42,748 bases of DNA from positions 1 through 42,748 of IMG/VR virus record IMGVR_UViG_3300036797_000126, one strand, 5' to 3'. Shown piece after piece: positions 16,785-26,293 of the stretch. The notes beneath the pieces are model-generated. The model was given only the letters and a program-made list of their open reading frames with translations, did not search any database and was not told where the DNA came from. Source of the stretch: a virus. Lineage: Duplodnaviria > Caudoviricetes. The stretch's first letter is position 1; each line of letters starts with the position of its first letter. The translations under genes and the position numbers were made by a program.

Positions 16785-17621
16785 ATGGCGAGAGGTAAAA
16801 GTTCCATAAGAGGTATTATTGAAATAGACGGTGTTAAATACGAAGCAAAAACATGTACTTTGTGCGTAGAAATGAAAACGTTAGATGATTACGGAGTCCA
16901 ATCTAACACAAAAGATAAAAGAAAATCTAGATGTAAGTTATGTTTAGCGGAGTTAAGCCGTAAGTACAATAAAACAAATCCAGAGAAAAGACGTATATCT
17001 GAATCGAATTGGAGAAATCGAAATCCAAAGAAAGTTAAAGAGATGTCTAAACGTAGTAGAAATATACATAAAGACGCATACAAGAAAAGGTTAGAAAAGT
17101 GGAAAGAACTTAACACAGAACGAAATAAAGCACTAAAAAGAGCTCACACGCAAAACAGAAGAGCATTAGAAAAGTCATTAATTAATGACTACACAGCAAC
17201 AGAAAGTGAGTTTAAACGATTACTTTATAATGGATGTGCACTATCTGATAACACAGAAGACCTACATGACGACCACTTCATAGCACTATCAACAGGTCAT
17301 TGTGGTACTTACTTAGCCAACATAATCCCTTTAAGTAGCGAATTAAATTTATCGAAATGTAATAAGAATCCGTTTGAGTGGTTAAATGAAGTTGACGATG
17401 TTATCGACTATAAGAAAGCCGCTGAAACAATTATTATGTTAGCGTATTTAAATGAAATGACCGTACAAGAGTATATTGATTTTGTTTACTGGTGTTACGA
17501 AAATCCTAGAAGCCCAGAAGAAGTTAAAGATAAAGTTAACAGTATAGAAATGTGGAGACAGTCAAAAACAGAAGGCGGTGAAATTAATGGCGCTCAAAGT
17601 ATTAAAAGAGGAACACTATAA
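16785..17621 (+). CDS. HNH endonuclease with N-terminal zinc ribbon
   Basis: CTLC..CKLC; DLHDDHFIALS.G..GT...NIIPL....NLSK beta-beta-alpha-Me motif; adjacent to terS. Confidence 0.75.
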   Translation: MARGKSSIRGIIEIDGVKYEAKTCTLCVEMKTLDDYGVQSNTKDKRKSRCKLCLAELSRKYNKTNPEKRRISESNWRNRNPKKVKEMSKRSRNIHKDAYKKRLEKWKELNTERNKALKRAHTQNRRALEKSLINDYTATESEFKRLLYNGCALSDNTEDLHDDHFIALSTGHCGTYLANIIPLSSELNLSKCNKNPFEWLNEVDDVIDYKKAAETIIMLAYLNEMTVQEYIDFVYWCYENPRSPEEVKDKVNSIEMWRQSKTEGGEINGAQSIKRGTL

Positions 17622-17976
17622 AGCTATTGAATTGTTACTTCATCCGAAACAGCAACGAATGACAAAAGAACAAATCGCTAAGGAAGTAGGTGTCCATCGA
17701 AACACCTTGACGAAATGGGAGCGTGATGAATTATTTCAGGCGGAGTTAAAAAAGGCAGTAGTAACACGCACTCACTCAAGACTAGATGAGTTAGTCAGTG
17801 CTATGATGGATAACGCCATTGAAACAGGCAATGCCGCGCTTGCCAAATTACTATTGCAAATGAATGGTATGTTAGTTGACAAGCACGAGATAGAGACTAA
17901 AGACAGTAGTGTTATTGACTACGGAAAGTTAGACGAGGAGATAGAAGCATTTAGCGAAAAGCTACTCGAAGAGTAA
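17587..17976 (+). CDS. Terminase small subunit-like HTH protein
   Basis: MTKEQIAKEVGVHRNTLTKW HTH; position upstream of terL; ATG 17587 follows an AGGCGGTG RBS. Confidence 0.7.
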   Translation: MALKVLKEEHYKAIELLLHPKQQRMTKEQIAKEVGVHRNTLTKWERDELFQAELKKAVVTRTHSRLDELVSAMMDNAIETGNAALAKLLLQMNGMLVDKHEIETKDSSVIDYGKLDEEIEAFSEKLLEE

Positions 17977-18259
17977 ACGATGTTGCACACGTAGTAACCT
18001 CGCTTGTTATACAATAGGAAGAAACTCGGATACGAATGTATTAGAACTATGTGCAATAGTGTGCGACAGGTCAGTCGCTCGCTCTAGACGGACGCACCCT
18101 CGAAACTTTTCGTAGAGTTTATGCACGTTCTTATGCAATGTATACCGATGTAACGGACGCTACAAACGTTGATACTACGTATGCATAAAATAACTAACGA
18201 ATAAATGGATGATAATAATTCGATAAACGTTGATATAATAGCGTTTTGGATTGTTAACG

Positions 18260-18288
18260 AATGTAACAAAAGATGATTCTGTTACATT
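18260..18288. other. Dyad site (12-5-12), candidate tyrosine-recombinase binding/crossover site
   Basis: aatgtaacaaaa-gatga-ttctgttacatt. Confidence 0.55.
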
Positions 18289-18451
18289 GGATATTCGAAA
18301 ATGCGCATAAAATATACGGAATGGAAAAAGGGGCGGGGGACGGTTTTTGGAACAAGGCCCGTCAGGTGCGAGAGAAATCCGCGCATCAAAAATAACGTTT
18401 GGTTTTACGCAAGTGTAAAACGAAAAAGACCACGTCGTCAAGACGCAGTCC

Positions 18452-19000
18452 TTACAAGTTTATTTCGATATAAACATCGTCGATTTGTTTCTGTTCGATA
18501 CAGAGATATACGAGTGTTTCTCGTTGGCTTGAATGGTTCAATATCGTTTGTAATAACGCTAAATCAGTACCGTTCTTATAAGCATGAAATGCGAAGGTTT
18601 TTCTTAAAGTGTGCGTGCCTATTTCGATACTAAGTCCGGCACGATCAGCCGCAGTATTTAAAATCCTATAAGCTTGGATACGAGAGATTGCCTTGTCGCC
18701 CTTACGTGATGGGAACAACCAATCGTTATCATCAGCCGTTGTTGGAATTAATTCCGCAACGGCTTTTTTTATGGAACCGTTTAGGTGAAATCGTTTGGAC
18801 TTGCGAGTCTTTGTTTCTTTTAATGATATAGATTCCTTACCGCGTATATCTCCGACTTTCAACTTAAGTATGTCGGAAATACGTAACGCTGAATTAATGC
18901 CGAATATGAAAAGTAATAAGTCACGCGGCTTTCCCGCCAAGGCCTTTTTCATTTTATCAATATCTCGTTTTGAACGGATGGGTTGAACTATGCCCGCCAT
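18452..19000 (-). CDS. Short tyrosine recombinase (catalytic domain only)
   Basis: 182 aa; LRISD (R), HTLRK (H-x-x-R), LNHS (H), LVYL (Y); GGAGG RBS. Confidence 0.9.
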   Translation of the reverse strand: MAGIVQPIRSKRDIDKMKKALAGKPRDLLLFIFGINSALRISDILKLKVGDIRGKESISLKETKTRKSKRFHLNGSIKKAVAELIPTTADDNDWLFPSRKGDKAISRIQAYRILNTAADRAGLSIEIGTHTLRKTFAFHAYKNGTDLALLQTILNHSSQRETLVYLCIEQKQIDDVYIEINL

Positions 19001-19021
19001 ATGTATTACCTCCAGTTATTC

Positions 19022-19050
19022 AATGTAACTTAATCTCGTTTTGTTACTTT
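19022..19050. other. Dyad site (12-5-12) overlapping the recombinase transcription start
   Basis: aatgtaacttaa-tctcg-ttttgttacttt; most similar to the 18260 site in inverted orientation. Confidence 0.55.
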
Positions 19051-19051
19051 C

Positions 19052-19080
19052 AGTATAGCGGTTAATTTTTCCATAGTCAA
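19052..19080 (-). promoter_or_regulatory. sigA promoter of the recombinase gene
   Basis: Minus strand TTGACT-N17-TATACT. Confidence 0.7.
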
Positions 19081-19108
19081 TCATTAATTATGAAAGGAGA
19101 CGGTTAAT

Positions 19109-20890
19109 ATCGCATGGATTAACGGAGAATGGTTTGAAAGAAAAGAACGCTTAGAAAAAGTCAATCAGCTACGAAAGTACATCGTTCCTAGAGTACGTAA
19201 CCGACACAAACTTACTGACGATGAAAAGTTAGAACTTACAACGTATATCAACGAGTTTAACCGTCTCCAAGATATTAACCGAGGAGAAACGGACTTACTT
19301 TTCTTCGCTTACAATTACTTCGGTGAGAATCGAAACAAAGAAAACACCGGTAACTGGATACCAGAATTTCAAGTGCCGGACGGATTTAACTTAGATAACA
19401 TCACGGCATATGCACCGCATTTCCACGAAGAGATATGCGACATCATGAACGTGGTGTCTAACGATGAGATAAATAAGCGTGTAGCAGTAGCGGCACCTCG
19501 TTCGCATGCTAAATCGTCTTACTTATCGAAGGCTTTTCCGATTCATGAGATTTGTTATCGAAAAAGGTTTTATATCATCTTAATCTCAGAAACTCCGTCG
19601 GTATCTAGCGCCAACTTAGAGTGGATTAAGCTACAGTTACAATCCAACGATAAATTACGACGTGACTTCGGGCAACTGTTACATACGAAGCAACAAATGA
19701 ATCCAAGGGATAATACGTCAGAATTCATCGCTTGGGAACCGAAGGGAAAAGACGATAAGAAATTACTAACGTTAGTACAAGCGGCTTCCACTGGACAAGC
19801 ACTACGTGGTCGAAACTGGAACGGTAAGCGTCCGGATTTAATCGTATGTGATGACCTGGAAGATAAACGGAATACCAATACGGCCCAATTACGACAGGAG
19901 TTAAAAGATTGGTTCGCACAGGTAGTAATTCCGTTAGGTGATCCGGAAGGAAAACGGACAGCAATTGTATTTATGGGTACGACAGTTCATCCGCAATCAT
20001 TATTAATCGATATTATGGAGCGACGTTCTGACTTTGAATCTCGTAAATACAGAGCGCTAATTACCCCGCCTACTAGACAAGATTTATGGGCGGAATGTGA
20101 ACGTATCTATAAAGACCGAGAAGACAAAGCGAGAGCAAGAAACGCTGAACTATATTTCACCGCTAACCATGACGAAATGATCGAAGGCGCCGAAGTACTT
20201 TGGGAAGAAGTACAGCCGGTATTTAAATTAATGAAGTTCAAATGGGATAACGGCAGTAAAGCGTTTAACACCGAGCTACAGAATAACCCTATTGACGAAG
20301 AAGTAATGGTATTCAACCCTGATAATTTCAATTACTGGAATGATAAACAAATAAACCGTAACTTCCTTAGCGGTGAGTATTTCGTTTCCATCGGAGTCGA
20401 CTTGGCGATGGGGAAAGAACGCGGTGACTATTCAGCGATTTCAGTCGTAGCAAAACATAGAGAAACGGATACAATCTACGTAATCGATTCGTACGGTGAG
20501 CGTTTGCACCCTGACAAGTTTATGAAAGTAATCGTCGATAAAGTACTACATTTTCGACCGGATGTAATAGCGGTCGAAGCGCAGGCCGCGCAGGAATTCT
20601 TCGCTGATATGGTTTCGAAACGATTAATCGAAAAAGGTTACCCGGCAATGACTCGCTTAGTTAAGATTAAGCAACGTTCTCGAAAAGAGTTACGCTTAGA
20701 AGCGTTGTTGCCACGAATAGAAAATGGAGAAATTCAATTTGACAGAAGACATTCGTTATTACTCGAACAGTTTCAATACTATGGAACGAATATGCACGAT
20801 GACTTACCTGATAGTTTAGAAATGGCTGTTTCAGTTACGGACAAAGGACGTAAAAGAAAGGCAGGTAATGCAGGTAACTATCGATATTAA
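19109..20890 (+). CDS. terL: Terminase large subunit (probable non-canonical ATC start)
   Basis: Walker A APRSHAKS, Walker B IVCDD, nuclease GVDLA/HDDLPD. The frame is open for 88 codons upstream of GTG 19373, back to ATC 19109 behind an AAAGGAG RBS. Confidence 0.88.
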   Translation: MAWINGEWFERKERLEKVNQLRKYIVPRVRNRHKLTDDEKLELTTYINEFNRLQDINRGETDLLFFAYNYFGENRNKENTGNWIPEFQVPDGFNLDNITAYAPHFHEEICDIMNVVSNDEINKRVAVAAPRSHAKSSYLSKAFPIHEICYRKRFYIILISETPSVSSANLEWIKLQLQSNDKLRRDFGQLLHTKQQMNPRDNTSEFIAWEPKGKDDKKLLTLVQAASTGQALRGRNWNGKRPDLIVCDDLEDKRNTNTAQLRQELKDWFAQVVIPLGDPEGKRTAIVFMGTTVHPQSLLIDIMERRSDFESRKYRALITPPTRQDLWAECERIYKDREDKARARNAELYFTANHDEMIEGAEVLWEEVQPVFKLMKFKWDNGSKAFNTELQNNPIDEEVMVFNPDNFNYWNDKQINRNFLSGEYFVSIGVDLAMGKERGDYSAISVVAKHRETDTIYVIDSYGERLHPDKFMKVIVDKVLHFRPDVIAVEAQAAQEFFADMVSKRLIEKGYPAMTRLVKIKQRSRKELRLEALLPRIENGEIQFDRRHSLLLEQFQYYGTNMHDDLPDSLEMAVSVTDKGRKRKAGNAGNYRY

Positions 20891-20906
20891 AGAAAGGAGG
20901 TAACTT

Positions 20907-22424
20907 ATGCGAATTTTCCCTGATAGGAATCTAATGAATCCTATTGAGTATGTTGTCCCTATACGTACAGCATTAGGAGACACCGAATGGCAAAGAATCC
21001 TTGATGAAATCAGGCTATATCGACGATATGACGGAGACTTAAATGTTTGGTCTGATTATACGAAACCCTCACAACTGGACTACGAGCCTACGAAATTAGA
21101 GCTTAACTATCCACGAAAGATAGTTGACACGATTGCAGCTTGGCAATTCGAGAAGGAACCGAAAGTAACAGTCCCACCCGATGTCCTAGACGATCCAGCG
21201 CTTATGATTCAACCAGGCTATACACCTAGTGAAGAACAGCAGACGGAGAATAGTCGAGCAAAAGCAAAAGAGCGGTTATTAACGTGGGTTTGGGACGATA
21301 ATCGAATGCACGAAAAGCTGTTAGCCGCAGCAAAAGACCGTTCAATTTCGAGAACGGGTGTTTACGCACGTATTCATTTCGATAACCGCCGTGGAGAATT
21401 TAAAATCATTTGGCATCCCTCTACGGAAGTAATTGCAGTACACAACGAATGGGATAAGGATCAGTTAGATGCTGTACACTTTATCGCATGGCTTGACGAT
21501 GAACAAACACGTCTATGGAAACTCTCGTATTACTTAGTTTGGCACGAAGAAGCCGGGACGTACGACTGCGAAATAGAAGAGGCTGTTCATGACGGAGATT
21601 TAAGCGTACAAGAGTCGAGGGTTGAGCGTTCATCAATGGGACTCGATTTTATTCCAGTAGTTCATGTTCCAACCGAAAAACTAAGCGGTCGAACTATCGG
21701 TTACAGTGAATTAGAAAAAACGATTGAACTTTCAGAAGAGATTGACCGTAAGATGTCGGATTACTCAGATGCAATTCGTTTTGAAATGTTCGCTATTAAT
21801 CTACTTGTTAATGTAGACGAGGACCCGAAGAATCCGTTACAAATCGCTCCAGGTGCGAAATGGAATCTCGGTGATGGCGATAAAGAAAGTGGAGTACCTA
21901 GCGCAAGTAAGTTAGAAAGCGGATTTAAGTTTAAAGAAACGATTGAAGCGTATCTTGACCGATTACAAAAACGACTACATGAAAAAGCAGAGGTACCAAT
22001 TGTAAACACTGCCGACATGAACACTGGTGGTATTAACGATATGGCCGTTCAACTTATGTTCAGCTCGATTATATCGAAGACTCAACGTTCTTGGGTAATA
22101 TGGCAATCACGTTTACAAACTTTAAATGAGTATATCCTTCGATATATGAAAGCAAGACAAGAACATCCACACTTTAAATATGATAAAGAAATGCTTGCAA
22201 AGGTAGATAACTATTATTCTAGCGAGATTATTTTCGGCTTACCTCTACCACAAGATCAAAAAGCGTTAATCGAGCAGTTGGGCGAAGAAATATCCAACGA
22301 AATTGAATCTATTAAAGGCGCTATCACACGTAGTGGTAAAGAAAATGCGGAGCAGAAATTCATGGAGATTATCCAAGAACGCCAGCTCAAAAGACAAACG
22401 CAAGACCCTTATAAAGAAACGTAA
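20907..22424 (+). CDS. Portal protein (SPP1 gp6-like)
   Basis: 505 aa directly after terL; FIPVVHVP...GYSEL pattern. Confidence 0.85.
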   Translation: MRIFPDRNLMNPIEYVVPIRTALGDTEWQRILDEIRLYRRYDGDLNVWSDYTKPSQLDYEPTKLELNYPRKIVDTIAAWQFEKEPKVTVPPDVLDDPALMIQPGYTPSEEQQTENSRAKAKERLLTWVWDDNRMHEKLLAAAKDRSISRTGVYARIHFDNRRGEFKIIWHPSTEVIAVHNEWDKDQLDAVHFIAWLDDEQTRLWKLSYYLVWHEEAGTYDCEIEEAVHDGDLSVQESRVERSSMGLDFIPVVHVPTEKLSGRTIGYSELEKTIELSEEIDRKMSDYSDAIRFEMFAINLLVNVDEDPKNPLQIAPGAKWNLGDGDKESGVPSASKLESGFKFKETIEAYLDRLQKRLHEKAEVPIVNTADMNTGGINDMAVQLMFSSIISKTQRSWVIWQSRLQTLNEYILRYMKARQEHPHFKYDKEMLAKVDNYYSSEIIFGLPLPQDQKALIEQLGEEISNEIESIKGAITRSGKENAEQKFMEIIQERQLKRQTQDPYKET

Positions 22425-22504
22425 ACATGCCTTACGAAACGGCATTAAACTTTCGGACGAATTAAATTATAGCCGACGGGCTTAAAACGGTTGGAGGGAA
22501 TAGT

Positions 22505-23158
22505 ATGAGTGAAGTAGTAAAAGAAGATGTTGTCGTAACTGACCCAAAAGACGAAACGAAAACTCTTACACAAGAACAAGTCGATGAAGTAGTTGCAAAA
22601 CGACTTGAGCGCGAGCGCAAAAAATACGAAGACTACGATGATATTAAAGCGAAATTAGTTGCGTTTGAGCAAGCGGAAGAAGAACGAAAGAAACAAGAAA
22701 TGACTGAGGTAGAACGTTTGCAAGCCGAAAAAGATGAAGCGGCTAAAAAAGCGATTGAAGCTTCGGAATTAGCGCAGAAAGCACAAGAAAAGGCAAACGT
22801 TCGAATCTTGGATACGGAAATTAAAAGTGTTGCACGTTCTTTGAATGCAAATGATCCAAACGATGTATTAGCGTTATTAGATAAGTCGGATATTAATGTC
22901 GATGAGGAAGGAAATATCCAAGGCGTAGAGTCAGCGGTTGAATCTTTAAAAGTAAGTAAGCCGTGGATGTTCAAACAAGTTATCGGAGTGGATGCGTCAG
23001 GCGGAGCTAATCCCAAAACTAACCCTAAAGCTAACGAATTATCAGCATTAGAAAAAGAGTTAGTGGAGGCGAAAACCGAAGCGTTAAAAAATCCAAAGCT
23101 TGCTGGTAAAGTTACGCAATTATACAACAAAATACTCGAATTAAAATCGAAGAAGTAG
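22505..23158 (+). CDS. Capsid scaffolding protein
   Basis: Acidic coiled coil; TQEQVDEVVAKRLERE and KPWMF motifs; precedes the capsid gene. Confidence 0.8.
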   Translation: MSEVVKEDVVVTDPKDETKTLTQEQVDEVVAKRLERERKKYEDYDDIKAKLVAFEQAEEERKKQEMTEVERLQAEKDEAAKKAIEASELAQKAQEKANVRILDTEIKSVARSLNANDPNDVLALLDKSDINVDEEGNIQGVESAVESLKVSKPWMFKQVIGVDASGGANPKTNPKANELSALEKELVEAKTEALKNPKLAGKVTQLYNKILELKSKK

Positions 23159-23222
23159 ATCAGTCGTTGGTTCCAAACCTACGGCTTTTTTATATTAAAA
23201 AACAATTAGGAGGCTATTAAAC

Positions 23223-24347
23223 ATGGCAGTAGCAAATACTTATAATTTCCAACAACAGGTTCGTCAAATGCAGGCGAATGTAGACTTAATTCTTACGAAA
23301 GCACCGGTATTATTCGGTATTATTGGTACAGGTGAAGCCCTTACGCAAACAAAATTCGAGTGGCAGAATGATTATTTAAACAGTGATACAGGTATCGTAA
23401 AGACAGCGGCAAAAGCAGATGTTACAGAATTAACATTAGAAGAAGGAGAAGCACGTAAATTTGCAGAAAATGCATTAGTCCAAAACGGTCTAGAAGTGTT
23501 ACGTGTGTTATCAGTAGATGAGTTAGCTGACAAAATCACTGTTCAACGTGGATACGATGAGACGACACCAGAAGCGATTGAAGCGAAAGGCGAATTAAAA
23601 GTAATTGCTAGACCACGCCCTGAAGGTGAAGATACTTTCCGTAAGAACGAGATTAACGATCGTCTTATGTCATTCAACTTATCTCAGATTTTCTCTAGAT
23701 ATGCTTCAGTATCTCGTACACAACAACAAGTTAATACTTACGGTGTCGAGGACGAACTGGATTACCAAGTTAACCTACGTCTTCAAGAAATGATTCGTGA
23801 GATCAACAACTCATTGATCTATGGCCGTAAATTCGAAGGGAATGGGCAGCAACCACGTACTTCTGGAGGTTTATTTGCGTTCGCTAATGAGCAAAAATCA
23901 CACGTACAAGACTTCAAAGGTAAAGAAATCGATGCTAAATCGTTAAATGATGCAGTAGAGCAAGTATTTGTTCGAGGTGGTTCAGCAAATACAATCCTAT
24001 GTGCCCCTAATGTTGCGCGACAAATTACGAAATTAGGTGGCGACACTATCCGTACAACTCGCCAAGATACAGCGGCTGGGTACCAAATCTTATCGTTCGT
24101 TTCTGATTTGCCAGGTGGAGCAATTTCTAGTGTAGTAGTCGACCAAAACATGCCAAAAGACCGTGCATTACTACTAGACACAAGCAACATTAAGGCTCGT
24201 TATTTAACACCTATCTACGACCAAGACGCAACATTACCAGGTGGAGACTATTTCTCTCGTGTAATCCGCGGTGAGCTTGGTTTCGAAATTAAAAATGCAA
24301 AAGAATCAATTGCTGTATTAAGCGGAATTTCAAAAACAGTTTTATAG
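23223..24347 (+). CDS. Major capsid protein
   Basis: 374 aa after the scaffold; FEWQND.L, N..QIF, PR..GG, GELGFE patterns (DUF5309-like). Confidence 0.8.
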   Translation: MAVANTYNFQQQVRQMQANVDLILTKAPVLFGIIGTGEALTQTKFEWQNDYLNSDTGIVKTAAKADVTELTLEEGEARKFAENALVQNGLEVLRVLSVDELADKITVQRGYDETTPEAIEAKGELKVIARPRPEGEDTFRKNEINDRLMSFNLSQIFSRYASVSRTQQQVNTYGVEDELDYQVNLRLQEMIREINNSLIYGRKFEGNGQQPRTSGGLFAFANEQKSHVQDFKGKEIDAKSLNDAVEQVFVRGGSANTILCAPNVARQITKLGGDTIRTTRQDTAAGYQILSFVSDLPGGAISSVVVDQNMPKDRALLLDTSNIKARYLTPIYDQDATLPGGDYFSRVIRGELGFEIKNAKESIAVLSGISKTVL

Positions 24348-24352
24348 TTAAC

Positions 24353-24375
24353 GGCGACTAATAAGTCGCCTTTTT
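24353..24375 (+). terminator. Intrinsic terminator after the capsid gene
   Basis: ggcgact-aata-agtcgcc-ttttt. Confidence 0.7.
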
Positions 24376-24399
24376 ACTTATATGAAAGGAGTGCTACAG

Positions 24400-24738
24400 A
24401 TGGCTATTTCAGAAAATGAAGTGAAACGTTTAAATTTATCAATGCCTGTTGCCAATGATGTTAAGTTAGGCGATATCATAAAAACTTTACAAGAGTCTTC
24501 AGGTGGTTCAATTAATGTTACTTGGTCAGATGTTAGTAATAAGCCGAGTACGTTCCCATCTTCTACTCATACGCATACAATCGCTAATATAACAGACCTT
24601 CAAAATACACTTAACGGAAAGTTAGCCGCAAGCAAGGTCGCAACACAACCTAATAGTGTGGCTACAGATATAACAGGTCTTGTATCGGATTTCAACTCAT
24701 TACTTACGAAACTAAGGTCAGCAGGAATCATGAGTTAA
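24400..24738 (+). CDS. Head fibre / capsid decoration-like protein
   Basis: WSDVSNKP..HTH repeat and C-terminal ATDITGLVSDFNSLLTKLRSAG; ATG 24400 after an AAAGGAG RBS. Confidence 0.6.
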   Translation: MAISENEVKRLNLSMPVANDVKLGDIIKTLQESSGGSINVTWSDVSNKPSTFPSSTHTHTIANITDLQNTLNGKLAASKVATQPNSVATDITGLVSDFNSLLTKLRSAGIMS

Positions 24739-24762
24739 TTACTATAACGGAGGTGACGCCAA

Positions 24763-25104
24763 ATGACGGTGTCAGAACGATTGCAGTCTCGATTATCAAA
24801 GGTTCCAGGCGTTACGTCGACTGACATTGACGCTTGGCTAGCCGAAGCTTTAGTTGAGTCAGATTTTACCGAAGAGGAAAACGCTAATGCGGTATTTTAT
24901 CTTGCCCTCACATACGCTTATGAAGCTATTGCAGCGGATTCAGCTCGGTTTTTTAAATATACCGATGGCGAAGAAGCTGTAGACAAATCTATGGTCTTTG
25001 CGAATTATCAAAGATTAGCAGCAGACGCACGTAAACAATATCGAAAATATAGACGTGGCAAAGGTGCTAGTCAGACATTTGCAAAGAGAGCGGATTGGAG
25101 GTAG
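24763..25104 (+). CDS. Head-tail adaptor-like protein
   Basis: Size, position, GGAGGTG RBS. Confidence 0.55.
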   Translation: MTVSERLQSRLSKVPGVTSTDIDAWLAEALVESDFTEEENANAVFYLALTYAYEAIAADSARFFKYTDGEEAVDKSMVFANYQRLAADARKQYRKYRRGKGASQTFAKRADWR

Positions 25105-25108
25105 CTAT

Positions 25109-25915
25109 GTGAGCGATTTACAACGTGAATTTGACGAATCACTTGATAAAATATCAAAGCAATACGAAAAAGAGAATGAAAAACAAGTTGAAGAGACGGT
25201 AGGTGCAATTATGTTAATCCGTCTCTTTTTATTGGACTTAATTAATGACTACCAAAAAGATGGTGTTATTAAACGAGGTAGATTGAATGCTTTATTACGA
25301 GATTTAGATTTTTATGAAAAGGGATTTCGTAAGCAAGCAGGGGTATCGTTTGAAAAGATGATTAGTGATACATCGAAATGGACAACTTCCAAACTTGCTG
25401 AGACTCCATTAAAAGTAAAAGATTTAGATTCTGTAAATCAGCAAATTGTGAGGAACATGCTAAAGCGGAGAGGTGAGGATGGTTTAATCCTATCTGACCG
25501 AGTGTGGAACCTAGCAGGTGATATGCGAGCAGAGTTAACTAATGTTATTCGAAGATCTGTCCTTAAAGGGGAAGGCATCAGTACGATCTCTCAGAAAATA
25601 CGAGAAGTACATGATAATGAGAAATGGAAAGTCGAACGTGTAGCAATTACGGAAAGTAATAATACACACCGGGCAGCTACTATTTATAACGGTAACGAGA
25701 GTGATATTGTCACAGGTTACAAGATTATTGATAATGGACATCGACACCGTTATCACTCAAAGCATATGTGTTACAAATTAGCCAGACGCGACGCTTATGG
25801 ATTAGGACCAGGAAGATATCCGAAGAAGATTCCTGATAGTTTGCTAGCTCAATTAATTAACCCACATCCACAATGTTCATCTCGTTTAAATTACATTATT
25901 GGAGAGGAGGTATAA
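25109..25915 (+). CDS. Minor head / head morphogenesis protein (SPP1 gp7/MuF-like)
   Basis: LSDRVW...RVAITE...HPQC motifs; GTG 25109 after a GGAGG RBS. Confidence 0.7.
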   Translation: MSDLQREFDESLDKISKQYEKENEKQVEETVGAIMLIRLFLLDLINDYQKDGVIKRGRLNALLRDLDFYEKGFRKQAGVSFEKMISDTSKWTTSKLAETPLKVKDLDSVNQQIVRNMLKRRGEDGLILSDRVWNLAGDMRAELTNVIRRSVLKGEGISTISQKIREVHDNEKWKVERVAITESNNTHRAATIYNGNESDIVTGYKIIDNGHRHRYHSKHMCYKLARRDAYGLGPGRYPKKIPDSLLAQLINPHPQCSSRLNYIIGEEV

Positions 25916-25918
25916 CGA

Positions 25919-26293
25919 GTGTTAACTGAAAAAGACATCGAACAAATCCGAGCCAATCGTGAATTAATCGAACAGAATCGTCGTGAAGCTATTATTATCT
26001 GGCGAAAGGGTACTAAAGAAGAAGATCCGATTACAGGTGAAGAAATTACTGGTGAAGATATTCAAGAAACGGTACAAGTTGTTTGGAAGAAATTCACGTT
26101 AGAAGACAAAGCAAAGTTTTTAGGAACTGATGTAAAAGAAGGTGAAGCACTTGTTACTTTCCGACTCAATATTGATTTGAATGACGTCAAGTACATCGAA
26201 AAAAAAGGTATTAAATATGTAATCGACTTAATTGATGAACGAGGATTGGGCGGAATCAACCGTCGAGAAGTAGTCGTAAAGAGGGTGATTTAA
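25919..26293 (+). CDS. Head closure / head-tail joining protein
   Basis: Position, beta-rich 124 aa. Confidence 0.55.
   Translation: MLTEKDIEQIRANRELIEQNRREAIIIWRKGTKEEDPITGEEITGEDIQETVQVVWKKFTLEDKAKFLGTDVKEGEALVTFRLNIDLNDVKYIEKKGIKYVIDLIDERGLGGINRREVVVKRVI

Noticed and set aside
18084-18633. ORFs 18084-18269, 18175-18441 and 18301-18633
   Set aside because: No RBS or recognisable motifs; they overlap dyad sites or the recombinase gene.
18452-19000. Calling this gene the prophage integrase
   Set aside because: Only 182 aa, lacks arm- and core-binding N-terminal domains, and sits inside the packaging module rather than at a boundary.
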